From NCBI GenBank assembly GCA_002269645.1, contig NIVC01000562.1, forward strand, positions 124,001 to 188,000: 64,000 nucleotides of DNA, in the 5' to 3' direction. This DNA is from Macrostomum lignano (lineage: Eukaryota). The notes beneath the pieces are model-generated. The model was given only the letters and a program-made list of their open reading frames with translations. It made no database searches and was not told the DNA's origin. The first letter of the stretch is position 1, and each line of letters begins with the position of its first letter. The translations under genes and the position numbers were made by a program. This document shows positions 1-12,700 of the stretch, piece by piece.

Positions 1-2
1 TG

Positions 3-623
3 TACAAACTGCTGCCGGCTAAGGACATGGACCGGCTGCGCCTGGCCTGGCCAGGGCCCCCAGCCCGTCTGCACGATCAGCCGCACCGGCTATTGGCCAT
101 CTGTCTGGCCCACGAGGGCCCGGGCAGCGTGCTGGACTGCCTGCGCCGGGCCGGCCTGGCCGCCGAGCTCTGGGCCGGAGTGCGCAACCGCGGCCTGTGC
201 GACAATCCAGCCGCTTCGCTGTTCGAAGTTGGCGTCCGGCTCACGCCGGCCGGACTGCGGGCCTGGGAGAGAATCGTTCGACTCATTTACGCCTACATCG
301 GCCTCATGGGCCAGCGGCTCAACGAGCTGGCGAGAATCTACGCCGAGCGTAGGCGCATCTGGCGGACGGCCTTCCGGTTCCAGGAGGAGGACGAGCCGGC
401 CGACAGCGTTGAGTTTGCCAGCTGCAACATGCACCGCCTGCAGCCGGAGATGTGGCTGATGGGCGATCGGATCGTGCGCCGATTTAACCCCGAAGCAATT
501 GAGGACTATCGGAAACGGCTGCGGCCTCGGAACTGCTGCATTCTGCTGACCTCGCGCTCGTATGGACCAATCTGCGATCAGGTCACCGATGGACCGGCGG
601 TGCGATTCGCTGAGCACAGGTGC

Positions 624-717
<94 letters not shown>

Positions 718-742
718 GTGTTTGTCTGTCTGTCTGTCTTAG

Positions 743-791
<49 letters not shown>

Positions 792-3700
792 GCCTTTCCT
801 TTATGCTTTCATAGTTACATGCAGTTACCTCCCAGTTTTTAGTTATAGCCAAAAAGCATTTCCATATAGATTTTTAAAAACCGTCAAATTAGTCAGAAAC
901 TCTAAATAAACGAAACAAAAAATCTTTGCAAAGCTTAGTAACACCAGTAAATAATGAATTCCAACATTTCAGTTTCAGCGCTACTGCCGTCTTATATTGG
1001 CAACGAAATTTTAGTTTTGTATTGATAAAAACATAGCATCCTATCGGTTTCAATGTATTATAGAGGCAAATAGGCCAGCCTTCAAATACAAATGCACAAA
1101 CCCCGATACCTCGTCCTTAAAGAAACGATACACTTTACTGAATAAAACAAGAAGAAAAATACTTAGCCTATTGTTGTACAATCTTAGCCGCTCTGCCCAC
1201 TGGGAATATTAGCTATTACCTATGGAAAACCTGCTATTTTTAGCAGGCTCCAATCGCAACGAAATGACTAATAGTGCTGTGCTGGCGCATACGTTTCCAT
1301 AGGAAATCGGGTACTATGTGAAAAAGAGTAAAAAAGCCTTGCTTACATTTGCGCTTCACTCCAATTTGCATTCCTATGAGCTATGGCTAGCGATCTATAT
1401 ATATATCTGTGCGAACTGGATTCAGTGTCAACAGTTTTAGAATTACGTTAAAAAGACACGACAGGAAGAGGCAAGGCTGCGGCATGCTATAGCCATAGCC
1501 AAGACTCTAAAGCTATATTATTTTGCAGTCTGTTGCAATGGGATGCGAAAAACTGGTTGAAGTGGTGAGGAAAAGTTGGAGAAGGTTGCTGACAGTTGGT
1601 AAAGAATCAGTGCACAGAGGTCTTAGAAATTCTATATACAGTACCAATAAATCCTTTATTGGGATATTGTGGTATCTATACTTTTAAGAAGGGCCTCTTG
1701 CGGATATTCTTTTATTCTATCTATACTTTGCAGTCTAGTCTAGATTAATAAATTGAATAGTTAAAACCGCAACACTTAGTAAACAATAGTAAACAACAAA
1801 CCTACCGACTTCAACAGCGTATTGTCAACAAGCTGAATAGTTTTAATTGAAGCATATTCTAGAATCCAAGAATTCCACGTTGCCTGTGTATTGGTATTAT
1901 ATTACCAACTAAGAGTTTTTTGTAATGTTGATTAACATCTGGACTTTCGGTTTGGCGTCAAGATTTTACATCTAAGATGTTGTGACCAATTGAAATTGTT
2001 AATCTAAGACGCTACAAGTTTGAATACTTATTTTTTAGGTAATAAAAATGGTTAGTTCAATAGTTAAACTAACTAGGGTAGGGATTCTAGCCTAGTTGTT
2101 AGAGCGTCGGACTCACGACTTGAAGGTCGGGGGTTCGATTCTCAGCCAACCCACTCGATGAACTGTAGTCACTCACTCAATGATGAACAGCAGTCACCCA
2201 CTCAGCTGTCAGTTTGGACATGCATAGACACCTATCAGGGTTGTAGCCTAGTGGTTAGAGCGTCGGTCTCACGACTGTAAGGTCTTGGGTTCGATTCTCA
2301 ACCCACTCGGAACAATCTGTGTCCTTGAGCAAGACACTTAACTCTGCATTGCTTCAGTTCACCCAGCTGTAAAATGGGTGCCAGCATTAGCTGGGGTAAC
2401 TGAGGGTGTGTGGCGACCTCCCAGTCCTTGGACTGAACAGCCGTACGCAGCCTTCAGATACGCCGCGCAATAGCGGCGACTGAACTGTCGGTTGCATATC
2501 TGGCCTAATTGGGGCAGGTGTATGCAGTTATTATTATTACTACTACTATTATTATGATTATTAATAGTTAGTAATTACTTATTAAGAAGTGTTCTAAACC
2601 CGACAAAAATCATTTTAATTGGTACCAAAACTGGAGCAGTAAAGCCTAAAGAGAAATTACCGTAAGATTAAAGGCGTAAAAATACGAAATGACAGTCTCC
2701 AACTGGCACATAAAACTTGCCTCCGGCAGGCTCAGCGAGGCCACAATGGCCGACTGGGAGCTCTGCGTGACGAATCCGGACACTGAGATGCTGAACGCCT
2801 GCCGGCTGCACCTGCCGCTGCCCAACCAGTTCGTGTCCGAGCAGTTTAACGTGCCGTCGCCGGGCGAGGCCTACAGAGAGATGGGACTGGAATGCGTGCC
2901 GGAGGTGGGCGCGGCTGGCGTTTTAATATTGCTCATATTAACATTTCATTTGTATTGCATCTCTGTGCTAAGTTTCCAATTTAGGTACTTGTAATGAAAA
3001 AGATAACTAGATTCTTAATAGGATTCTCCATGAAGATACCTATCTATGTCTATCGAGTTTTCAAATAATTTCACCTCGAATCCAGGTATATCCACCTCGA
3101 ATCCAGGTATATCCACTGAGAATCCAGGTATATCCATTAAAAATCCTGGTATCTCCACTTAGAATCCAGCTATCTCCACTTAGAATCCAGCTATCTCCAC
3201 TTAGAATCCAGCTATCTCCACTTAGAATCCAGCTATCTCCACTTAGAATCCAGCTATCTCCACTTAGAATCCAGCTATCTCCACTTAGAATCCAGCTATC
3301 TCCACTTAGAATCCAGCTATCTCCACTTAGAATCCAGCTATCTCCACTTAGAATCCAGCTATCTCCACTTAAAATCCAGCTATCTCCACTTAGAATCCAG
3401 CTATCTCCACTTAGAATCTAGCTATCTCCATTAAAAAATCCTGGTATCTCCACTTAGAATCCGGGTATCTCAATGAGAATCCAGCCTTTTATCCAGGCAT
3501 CGCCAATAAGATTTCAGGTATCTTTCAATTATGAGGTTAAGAGAATCAGACATGAACTCCGACATCCCATGAGCCTTGATACATTTATGAGTATTTGTCT
3601 ATACTCCTACTTCGCAAGTCGAAAGCTAACTATCTCATGTAGGCTCCGAACGAAACCTGTTGTCCCGCAGTACCCAGTTCGCCTTCTCGTTGGCGACCCA

Positions 3701-6700
3701 GCCGTGGACCGGTTCGGGCCCCTGTTCTATTATAAGGACCGCAAGTTCAAGACGCCAAGAGGTTCGCTTTTTTTTGCAATGCTTTCTGTGCGATGCTTTC
3801 CTATATACTATATAAAAATCAATTTATTAATTTGATTGACACTTTGGATTTCACTTCAGCCGTCGTTCGAGTCAGCTTAGACTCTCCTGTTATTTGTGAG
3901 TCGCTAGAAAAGTAAGTTGCATTTTTGCCTGGTAATCAAATTGACGGTATGATCTGAAAATGTGGGAGGGTAACAGAACAGCATGGTCTGAGAATGTAGG
4001 CGGGTGACAGCATGGTCTGAGAATGTGGGAGGGTGACGGCATGGTCTGAGAATGTGGGAGGGTGACAGCTTGGTCTGAGAATGTGGGAGGGTGACGGCTT
4101 CGTCTGGGAATGTGGGAGGGTGACAGCATGGTCTGAGAATTTGGGAGGGTGACGGCATGGTCTGGGAATGTGGGAGGGTGACAGCATGGTCTGAGAATGT
4201 GGGAGTGTGACGGCTTCGTCTGGGAATGTGGGAGGGTGACGGCATGGTCTGAGAATGTGGGAGGGTGACAGCATGGTCTGGGAATGTGGGAGGGTGACAG
4301 CATGGTCTGGGAATGCGGGAGGGTGACAGCATGGTCTGGGAATGTGGGAGGGTGACAGCATGGTCTGAGAATGTGGGAGGGTGACAGCATGGTCTGGGAA
4401 TGTGGGAGGGTGACGGCATGGTCTGAGAATGTGGGAGGGTGACGGCATGGTCTGGGAATGTGGGAGGGTGACGTCATGGTCTGAGAATGTGGGAGGGTGA
4501 CGGCATGGTCTGAGAATGTGGGAGGGTGACGGCATGGTCTGGGAATGTGGGAGGGTGACGTCATGGTCTGAGAATGTGGGAGGGTGACGGCATGGTCTGA
4601 GAATGTGGGAGGGTGACAGCATGGTCTGGGAATGTGGGAGGGTGACGGCATGGTCTGAGAATGTGGGAGGGTGACGGCATGGTCAGGGAATGTGGGAGGG
4701 TGACGGCATGGTCTGAGAATGTGGGAGGCTGACGGCATGGTCTGAGAATGTGGGAGGGTGACGGCATGGTCTGGGAATGTGGGAGGGTGACGGCATGGTC
4801 TGGGAATGTGGGAGGGTGACGGCATGGTCTGAGAATGTGGGAGGGTGACGGCATGGTCTGGGAATGTGGGAGGGTGACGGCATGGTCTGGGAATGTGGGA
4901 GGGTGACGGCATGGTCTGAGAATGTGGGAGGGTGACAGCATGGTTTGAGAATGTGGGAGGGTGACAGCATGGTCTGAGAATGTGGGAGGGTGACAGCATG
5001 GTTTGAGAATGTGGGAAGGTGACAGCATGGTCTGAGAATGTGGGAGGGGGACAGCATGGTCTGAGAATGTGGGCGGGTGACGGCATGATCTGAGAATGTG
5101 GGAGGGTGACAGCATGGTCTGAGAATGTAGGCGGCTGACGGCATGGTTTGAGAATGTGGAGCCGTGCCAGGTGGTGCGATCCAAGAATGAGCACCTGTAC
5201 ATTTCAGCTCAACACTGGTGCACCTGTGGCTGTACATGTTCGATTTTCAGTTGAGCAAGGAGTTGTACGCCGCCGTCGAGGCCTATCTGTGGTATGTGAC
5301 TGATTTTCAAGCTTTCTACGAGACTTGTTATGCAGCAGTCGGTTTTGCGTTTATCTACATAAAAAATACTCATCACAAAATTTATAGGTACGAAGTTCTA
5401 TACGTAGAGCCATTTTCTATTCGTATTCGAGTTGAAGGCTACAATGACAAGCTGTTTGTAAGTGATTCGTGTTGAGGGCTACAATGACAAGCTGTTTGTA
5501 AGTGATTCGTGTTGAAGGCTACAATGACAAGCTGTTTGTAAGTGATTCGTGTTGAAGGCTACAATGACAAGCTGTTTGTAAGTGATTCGTGTTGAAGGCT
5601 ACAATGACAAGCTGTTTGTAAGTGATTCGTGTTGAAGGCTACAATAACAAGCTGTTTGTAAGTGATTCGTGTTGAAGGCTACAATGACAAGCTGTTTGTA
5701 AGTGATTCGTGTTGAAGGCTACAATAACAAGCTGTTTGTAAGTGATTCGTGTTGAAGGCTACAATAACAAGCTGTTTGTAAGTGATTCGTGTTGAAGGCT
5801 ACAATAACAAGCTGTTTGTAAGTGATTCGTGTTGAAGGCTACAATGACAAGCTGTTTGTAAGTGATTCGTGTTGAAGGCTACAATAACAAGCTGTTTGTA
5901 AGTGATTCGTGTTGAAGGCTACAATGACAAGCTGTTTGTAAGTGATCGTGTTGAAGGCTACAATAACAAGCTGTTTGTAAGTGATTCGTGTTGAAGGCTA
6001 CAATGACAAGCTGTTTGTAAGTGATTCGTGTTGAGGGCTACAATGACAAGCTGTTTGTAAGTGATTCGTGTTGAGGGCTACAATGACAAGCTGTTTGTAA
6101 GTGATCCGTGTTGAAGGCTACAATAACAAGCTGTTTGTAAGTGATTCGTGTTGAAGGCTACAATGACAAGCTGTTTGTAAGTGATTCGTGTTGAGGGCTA
6201 CAATGACAAGCTGTTTGTAAGTGATTCGTGTTGAAGGCTACAATGACAAGCTGTTTGTAAGTGATTCGTGTTGAAGGCTACAATAACAAGCTGTTTGTAA
6301 GTGATTCGTGTTGAAGGCTACAATGACAAGCTGTTTGTAAGTGATCCGTGTTGAAGGCTACAATAACAAGCTGTTTGTAAGTGATTCGTGTTGAAGGCTA
6401 CAATGACAAGCTGTTTGTAAGTGATTCGTGTTGAGGCTACAATGACAAGCTGTTTGTAAGTGATTCGTGTTGAGGGCTACAATGACAAGCTGTTTGTAAG
6501 TGATTCGTGTTGAAGGCTACAATAACAAGCTGTTTGTAAGTGATTCGTGTTGAAGGCTACAATGACAAGCTGTTTGTAAGTGATTCGTGTTGAGGCTACA
6601 ATGACAAGCTGTTTGTAAGTGATTCGTGTTGAAGGCTACAATGACAAGCTGTTTGTAAGTGATTCGTGTTGAAGGCTACAATAACAAGCTGTTTGTAAGT

Positions 6701-9700
6701 GATTCGTGTTGAAGGCTACAATAACAAGCTGTTTGTAAGTGATTCGTGTTGAAGGCTACAATGACAAGCTGTTTGTAAGTGATCCGTGTTGAAGGCTACA
6801 ATAACAAGCTGTTTGTAAGTGATTCGTGTTGAAGGCTACAATGACAAGCTGTTTGTAAGTGATTCGTGTTGAGGGCTACAATGACAAGCTGTTTGTAAGT
6901 GATTCGTGTTGAGGGCTACAATGACAAGCTGTTTGTAAGTGATTCGTGTTGAAGGCTACAATAACAAGCTGTTTGTAAGTGATTCGTGTTGAAGGCTACA
7001 ATGACAAGCTGTTTGTAAGTGATTCGTGTTGAGGGCTACAATGACAAGCTGTTTGTAAGTGATTCGTGTTGAAGGCTACAATGACAAGCTGTTTGTAAGT
7101 GATTCGTGTTGAAGGCTACAATGACAAGCTGTTTGTAAGTGATTCGTGTTGAAGGCTACAATGACAAGCTGTTTGTAAGTGATCCGTGTAGAAGGCTACA
7201 ATGACAAGCTGTTTGTAAGTGATTCGTGTTGAAGGCTACAATAACAAGCTGTTTGTAAGTGATTCGTGTTGAAGGCTACAATAACAAGCTGTTTGTAAGT
7301 GATTCGTGTTGAAGGCTACAATGACAAGCTGTTTGTAAGTGATCCGTGTTGAAGGCTACAATAACAAGCTGTTTGTAAGTGATTCGTGTTGAAGGCTACA
7401 ATAACAAGCTGTTTGTAAGTGATTCGTGTTGAGGGCTACAATGACAAGCTTTTTGTAAGTGATTCGTGTTGAAGGCTACAATAACAAGCTGTTTGTAAGT
7501 GATTCGTGTTGAAGGCTACAATGACAAGCTGTTTGTAAGTGATTCGTGTTGAGGCTACAATGACAAGCTGTTTGTAAGTGATTCGTGTTGAAGGCTACAA
7601 TGACAAGCTGTTTGTAAGTGATTCGTGTTGAAGGCTACAATGACAAGCTGTTTGTAAGTGATTCGTGTTGAAGGCTACAATGACAAGCTGTTTGTAAGTG
7701 ATCGTGTTGAAGGCTACAATGACAAGCTGTTTGTAAGTGATTCGTGTTGAAGGCTACAATGACAAGCTGTTTGTAAGTGATTCGTGTTGAAGGCTACAAT
7801 GACAAGCTGTTTGTAAGTGATCGTGTTGAAGGCTACAATGACAAGCTGTTTGTAAGTGATCCGTGTTGAAGGCTACAATGACAAGCTGTTTGTAAGTGAT
7901 TCGTGTTGAAGGCTACAATGACAAGCTGTTTGTAAGTGATTCGTGTTGAAGGCTACAATGACAAGCTGTTTGTAAGTGATTCGTGTTGAAGGCTACAATG
8001 ACAAGCTGTTTGTAAGTGATCGTGTTGAAGGCTACAATGACAAGCTGTTTGTAAGTGATTCGTGTTGAAGGCTACAATGACAAGCTGTTTGTAAGTGATT
8101 CGTGTTGAAGGCTACAATGACAAGCTGTTTGTAAGTGATTCGTGTTGAAGGCTACAATAACAAGCTGTTTGTAAGTGATTCGTGTTGAAGGCTACAATGA
8201 CAAGCTGTTTGTAAGTGATTCGTGTTGAAGGCTACAATGACAAGCTGTTTGTAAGTGATTCGTGTTGAAGGCTACAATACAAGCTGTTTGTAAGTGATTC
8301 GTGTTGAAGGCTACAATGACAAGCTGTTTGTAAGTGATTCGTGTTGAAGGCTACAATAACAAGCTGTTTGTAAGTGATTCGTGTTGAAGGCTACAATGAC
8401 AAGCTGTTTGTAAGTGATTCGTGTTGAAGGCTACAATGACAAGCTGTTTGTAAGTGATTCGTGTTGAAGGCTACAATGACAAGCTGTTTGTAAGTGATTC
8501 GTGTTGAAGGCTACAATGACAAGCTGTTTGTAAGTGATTCGTGTTGAAGGCTACAATGACAAGCTGTTTGTAAGTGATTCGTGTTGAAGGCTACAATGAC
8601 AAGCTGTTTGTAAGTGATTCGTGTTGAAGGCTACAATGACAAGCTGTTTGTAAGTGATTCGTGTTGAAGGCTACAATGACAAGCTGTTTGTAAGTGATTC
8701 GTGTTGAAGGCTACAATGACAAGCTGTTTGTAAGTGATTCGTGTTGAAGGCTACAATGACAAGCTGTTTGTAAGTGATTCGTGTTGAAGGCTACAATGAC
8801 AAGCTGTTTGTAAGTGATTCGTGTTGAAGGCTACAATGACAAGCTGTTTGTAAGTGATTCGTGTTGAAGGCTACAATGACAAGCTGTTTGTAAGTGATTC
8901 GTGTTGAAGGCTACAATGACAAGCTGTTTGTAAGTGATTCGTGTTGAAGGCTACAATACAAGCTGTTTGTAAGTGATTCGTGTTGAAGGCTACAATGACA
9001 AGCTGTTTGTAAGTGATTCGTGTTGAAGGCTACAATAACAAGCTGTTTGTAAGTGATTCGTGTTGAAGGCTACAATAACAAGCTGTTTGTAAGTGATTCG
9101 TGTTGAAGGCTACAATGACAAGCTGTTTGTAAGTGATTCGTGTTGAAGGCTACAATGACAAGCTGTTTGTAAGTGATTCGTGTTGAAGGCTACAATGACA
9201 AGCTGTTTGTAAGTGATTCGTGTTGAAGGCTACAATAACAAGCTGTTTGTAAGTGATTCGTGTTGAAGGCTACAATGACAAGCTGTTTGTAAGTGATTCG
9301 TGTTGAAGGCTACAATGACAAGCTGTTTGTAAGTGATTCGTGTTGAAGGCTACAATAACAAGCTGTTTGTAAGTGATTCGTGTTGAAGGCTACAATAACA
9401 AGCTGTTTGTAAGTGATTCGTGTTGAAGGCTACAATAACAAGCTGTTTGTAAGTGATTCGTGTTGAAGGCTACAATGACAAGCTGTTTGTAAGTGATTCG
9501 TGTTGAAGGCTACAATGACAAGCTGTTTGTAAGTGATTCGTGTTGAAGGCTACAATGACAAGCTGTTTGTAAGTGATTCGTGTTGAAGGCTACAATAACA
9601 AGCTGTTTGTAAGTGATTCGTGTTGAAGGCTACAATGACAAGCTGTTTGTAAGTGATTCGTGTTGAAGGCTACAATGACAAGCTGTTTGTAAGTGATTCG

Positions 9701-12700
9701 TGTTGAAGGCTACAATAACAAGCTGTTTGTAAGTGATTCGTGTTGAAGGCTACAATAACAAGCTGTTTGTAAGTGATTCGTGTTGAAGGCTACAATGACA
9801 AGCTGTTTGTAAGTGATTCGTGTTGAAGGCTACAATAACAAGCTGTTTGTAAGTGATTCGTGTTGAAGGCTACAATAACAAGCTGTTTGTAAGTGATTCG
9901 TGTTGAAGGCTACAATGACAAGCTGTTTGTAAGTGATTCGTGTTGAAGGCTACAATAACAAGCTGTTTGTAAGTGATTCGTGTTGAAGGCTACAATGACA
10001 AGCTGTTTGTAAGTGATTCGTGTTGAAGGCTACAATGACAAGCTGTTTGTAAGTGATTCGTGTTGAAGGCTACAATAACAAGCTGTTTGTAAGTGATTCG
10101 TGTTGAAGGCTACAATAACAAGCTGTTTGTAAGTGATTCGTGTTGAAGGCTACAATGACAAGCTGTTTGTAAGTGATTCGTGTTGAAGGCTACAATGACA
10201 AGCTGTTTGTAAGTGATTCGTGTTGAAGGCTACAATGACAAGCTGTTTGTAAGTGATTCGTGTTGAAGGCTACAATGACAAGCTGTTTGTAAGTGATTCG
10301 TGTTGAAGGCTACAATACAAGCTGTTTGTAAGTGATTCGTGTTGAAGGCTACAATGACAAGCTGTTTGTAAGTGATTCGTGTTGAAGGCTACAATGACAA
10401 GCTGTTTGTAAGTGATTCGTGTTGAAGGCTACAATGACAAGCTGTTTGTAAGTGATTCGTGTTGAAGGCTACAATAACAAGCTGTTTGTAAGTGATTCGT
10501 GTTGAAGGCTACAATGAGAAGCTGTAATTGGAATGCACTGGTTGGAATGCACTGGTTGGAATGAAACTGTATTGCAGCATGTATTTCTGAAGCAGCATGA
10601 ATAGAAGGCCTGCAGCTGTTTACCTTTCCAATTCCACTAAATTAAAGAGCTGTTTAAATGTATTCTCCACTGTTTAACTGTGGGGCCTCATGCATATGCA
10701 ATTCCCGTGCCATGTGCTACCTTATGCCTGCTATTAAGACTTTTTCGTTGCTTTCACTGTTTGTTGCTAGCCAAGCGAGCATACAAACTATTTTGTCATA
10801 GTTACTAGTATAAGGAACGCAAGCCAAAATCAGTTAGACTTAGAAATATCATTAGTAAGTTTTCGTTTGTCATTGTTATTACTGCTATATTTTTATTTAG
10901 TTACTAAATGTACTATATATAGTCCTTTTGTGAGGCCGCTACTGTCAACTCCGGTTCTTCGCCGACTCATTTCAGAATCTCTATGCGACCATCGGGCGAA
11001 AGCTGAAGCAATTTGGCGAGATGCTCAGCTTGATGGATCAGCGGCTTAACTTTGGATTAGCCAAAGAGGAGGTGCGAAAGATGATGGTGAATTCGCTGCT
11101 TACTCCAGCCCGGCTTATAGCGTAAGTTTTATGAAACCCAATATACTCGGTGCTGTAGTGAATTGGCGGTGTAGTGAATTGGCGGTGTAGTGAATTTACG
11201 GTGTAGTGAATTGGTGATGTAGTGAATTGGTGATGTAGTGAATTGGTGATGTAGTGAATTGGTGATGTAGTGAATTGGTGATGTAGTGAATTGGCGATGT
11301 AGTGAATTGGTGATGTAGTGAATTGGTGATGTAGTGAATTGGCGATGTAGTGAATTGGTGATGTAGTGAATTGGTGATGTAGTGAATTGGCGATGTAGTG
11401 AATTGGTGATGTAGTGAATTGGTGATGTAGTGAATTGGCGATGTAGTGAATTGGTGATGTAGTGAATTGGTGATGTAGTGAATTGGTGATGTAGTAAATT
11501 GGTGATGTAGTGAATTGGTGATGTAGTGAATTGGCGATGTAGTGAATTGGTGATGTAGTGAATTGGTGATGTAGTGAATTGGCGATGTAGTGAATTGGTG
11601 ATGTAGTGAATTGGTGATGTAGTGAATTGGTGATGTAGTGAATTGGTGATGTAGTGAATTGGTGATGTAGTGAATTGGTGATGTAGTGAATTGGCGGTGT
11701 AATGAATTGGTGATGTAGTGAATTGGCGGTGTAGTGAATTAGCGATGTATTGAATTGGCGATGTAGTGAATTGGTGATGTAGTGAATTGGCGATGTAGTG
11801 AATTGGTGATGTAGTGAATTGGTGATGTAGTGAATTGGTGATGTAGTGAATTGGCGGTGTAGTGAATTGGTGATGTAGTGAATTGGCGGTGTAGTGAATT
11901 GGCGATGTAGTGAATTGGTGATGTAGTGAATTGGCGGTGTAGTGAATTGGTGATGTAGTGAATTGGCGGTGTAGTGAATTGGTGATGTAGTGAATTGGTG
12001 ATGTAGTGAATTGGTGATGTAGTGAATTTTTGATGTAGTGAATTGGCGGTGTAGTGAATTGGTGATGTAGTGAATTGGCGGTGTAGTGAATTGGTGATGT
12101 AGTGAATTGGCGGTGTAGTGAATTGGCGGTGTAGTGAATTGGTGATGTAGTGAATTGGTGATGTAGTGAATTGGCGATGTAGTGAATTGGCGATGTAGTG
12201 AATTGGTGATGTAGTGAATTGGCGATGTAGTGAATTGGTGATGTAGTGAATTGGCGGTGTAGTGAATTGGCGATGTAGTGAATTGGTGATGTAGTGAATT
12301 GGTGATGTAGTGAATTGGTGATGTAGTGAATTGGTGATGTAGTGAATTGGCGGTGTAGTGAATTGGTGATGTAGTGAATTGGCGGTGTAGTGAATTAGCG
12401 ATGTAGTGAATTGGCGATGTAGTGAATTGGTGATGTAGTGAATTGGTGATGTAGTGAATTGGCGATGTAGTGAATTGGTGATGTAGTAAATTGGCGGTGT
12501 AGTGAATTGGTGATTTAGTGAATTGGCGGTGTAGTGAATTGGCGATGTAGTGAATTGGTGATGTAGTGAATTGGTGATGTAGTGAATTGGCGGTGTAGTG
12601 AATTGGTGATTTAGTGAATTGGCGGTGTAGTGAATTGGTGATGTAGTGAATTGGTGATGTAGTGAATTTGTGATGTAGTGAATTGGCGGTGTAGTGAATT

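Noticed and set aside
620-842. C-terminal LSVC repeats of ORF 27-842
   Set aside because: Read-through into the (TCTG)n intron after the donor at 620.
2081-2310. tRNA genes (also at 16897, 43551, 49264, 49945, 50325, 57432)
   Set aside because: A/B boxes are present but there is no complete acceptor stem or cloverleaf, and each runs into a shared SINE body.
3890-5237. Long minus-strand ORFs (up to 434 aa)
   Set aside because: Translations of the 29-bp repeat in several frames; no unique coding content.
5425-10525. CRISPR-like array of ~40-bp repeats
   Set aside because: Units are head-to-tail with no unique spacers, there are no cas genes, and the context is a eukaryotic intron. The same applies to all other arrays.
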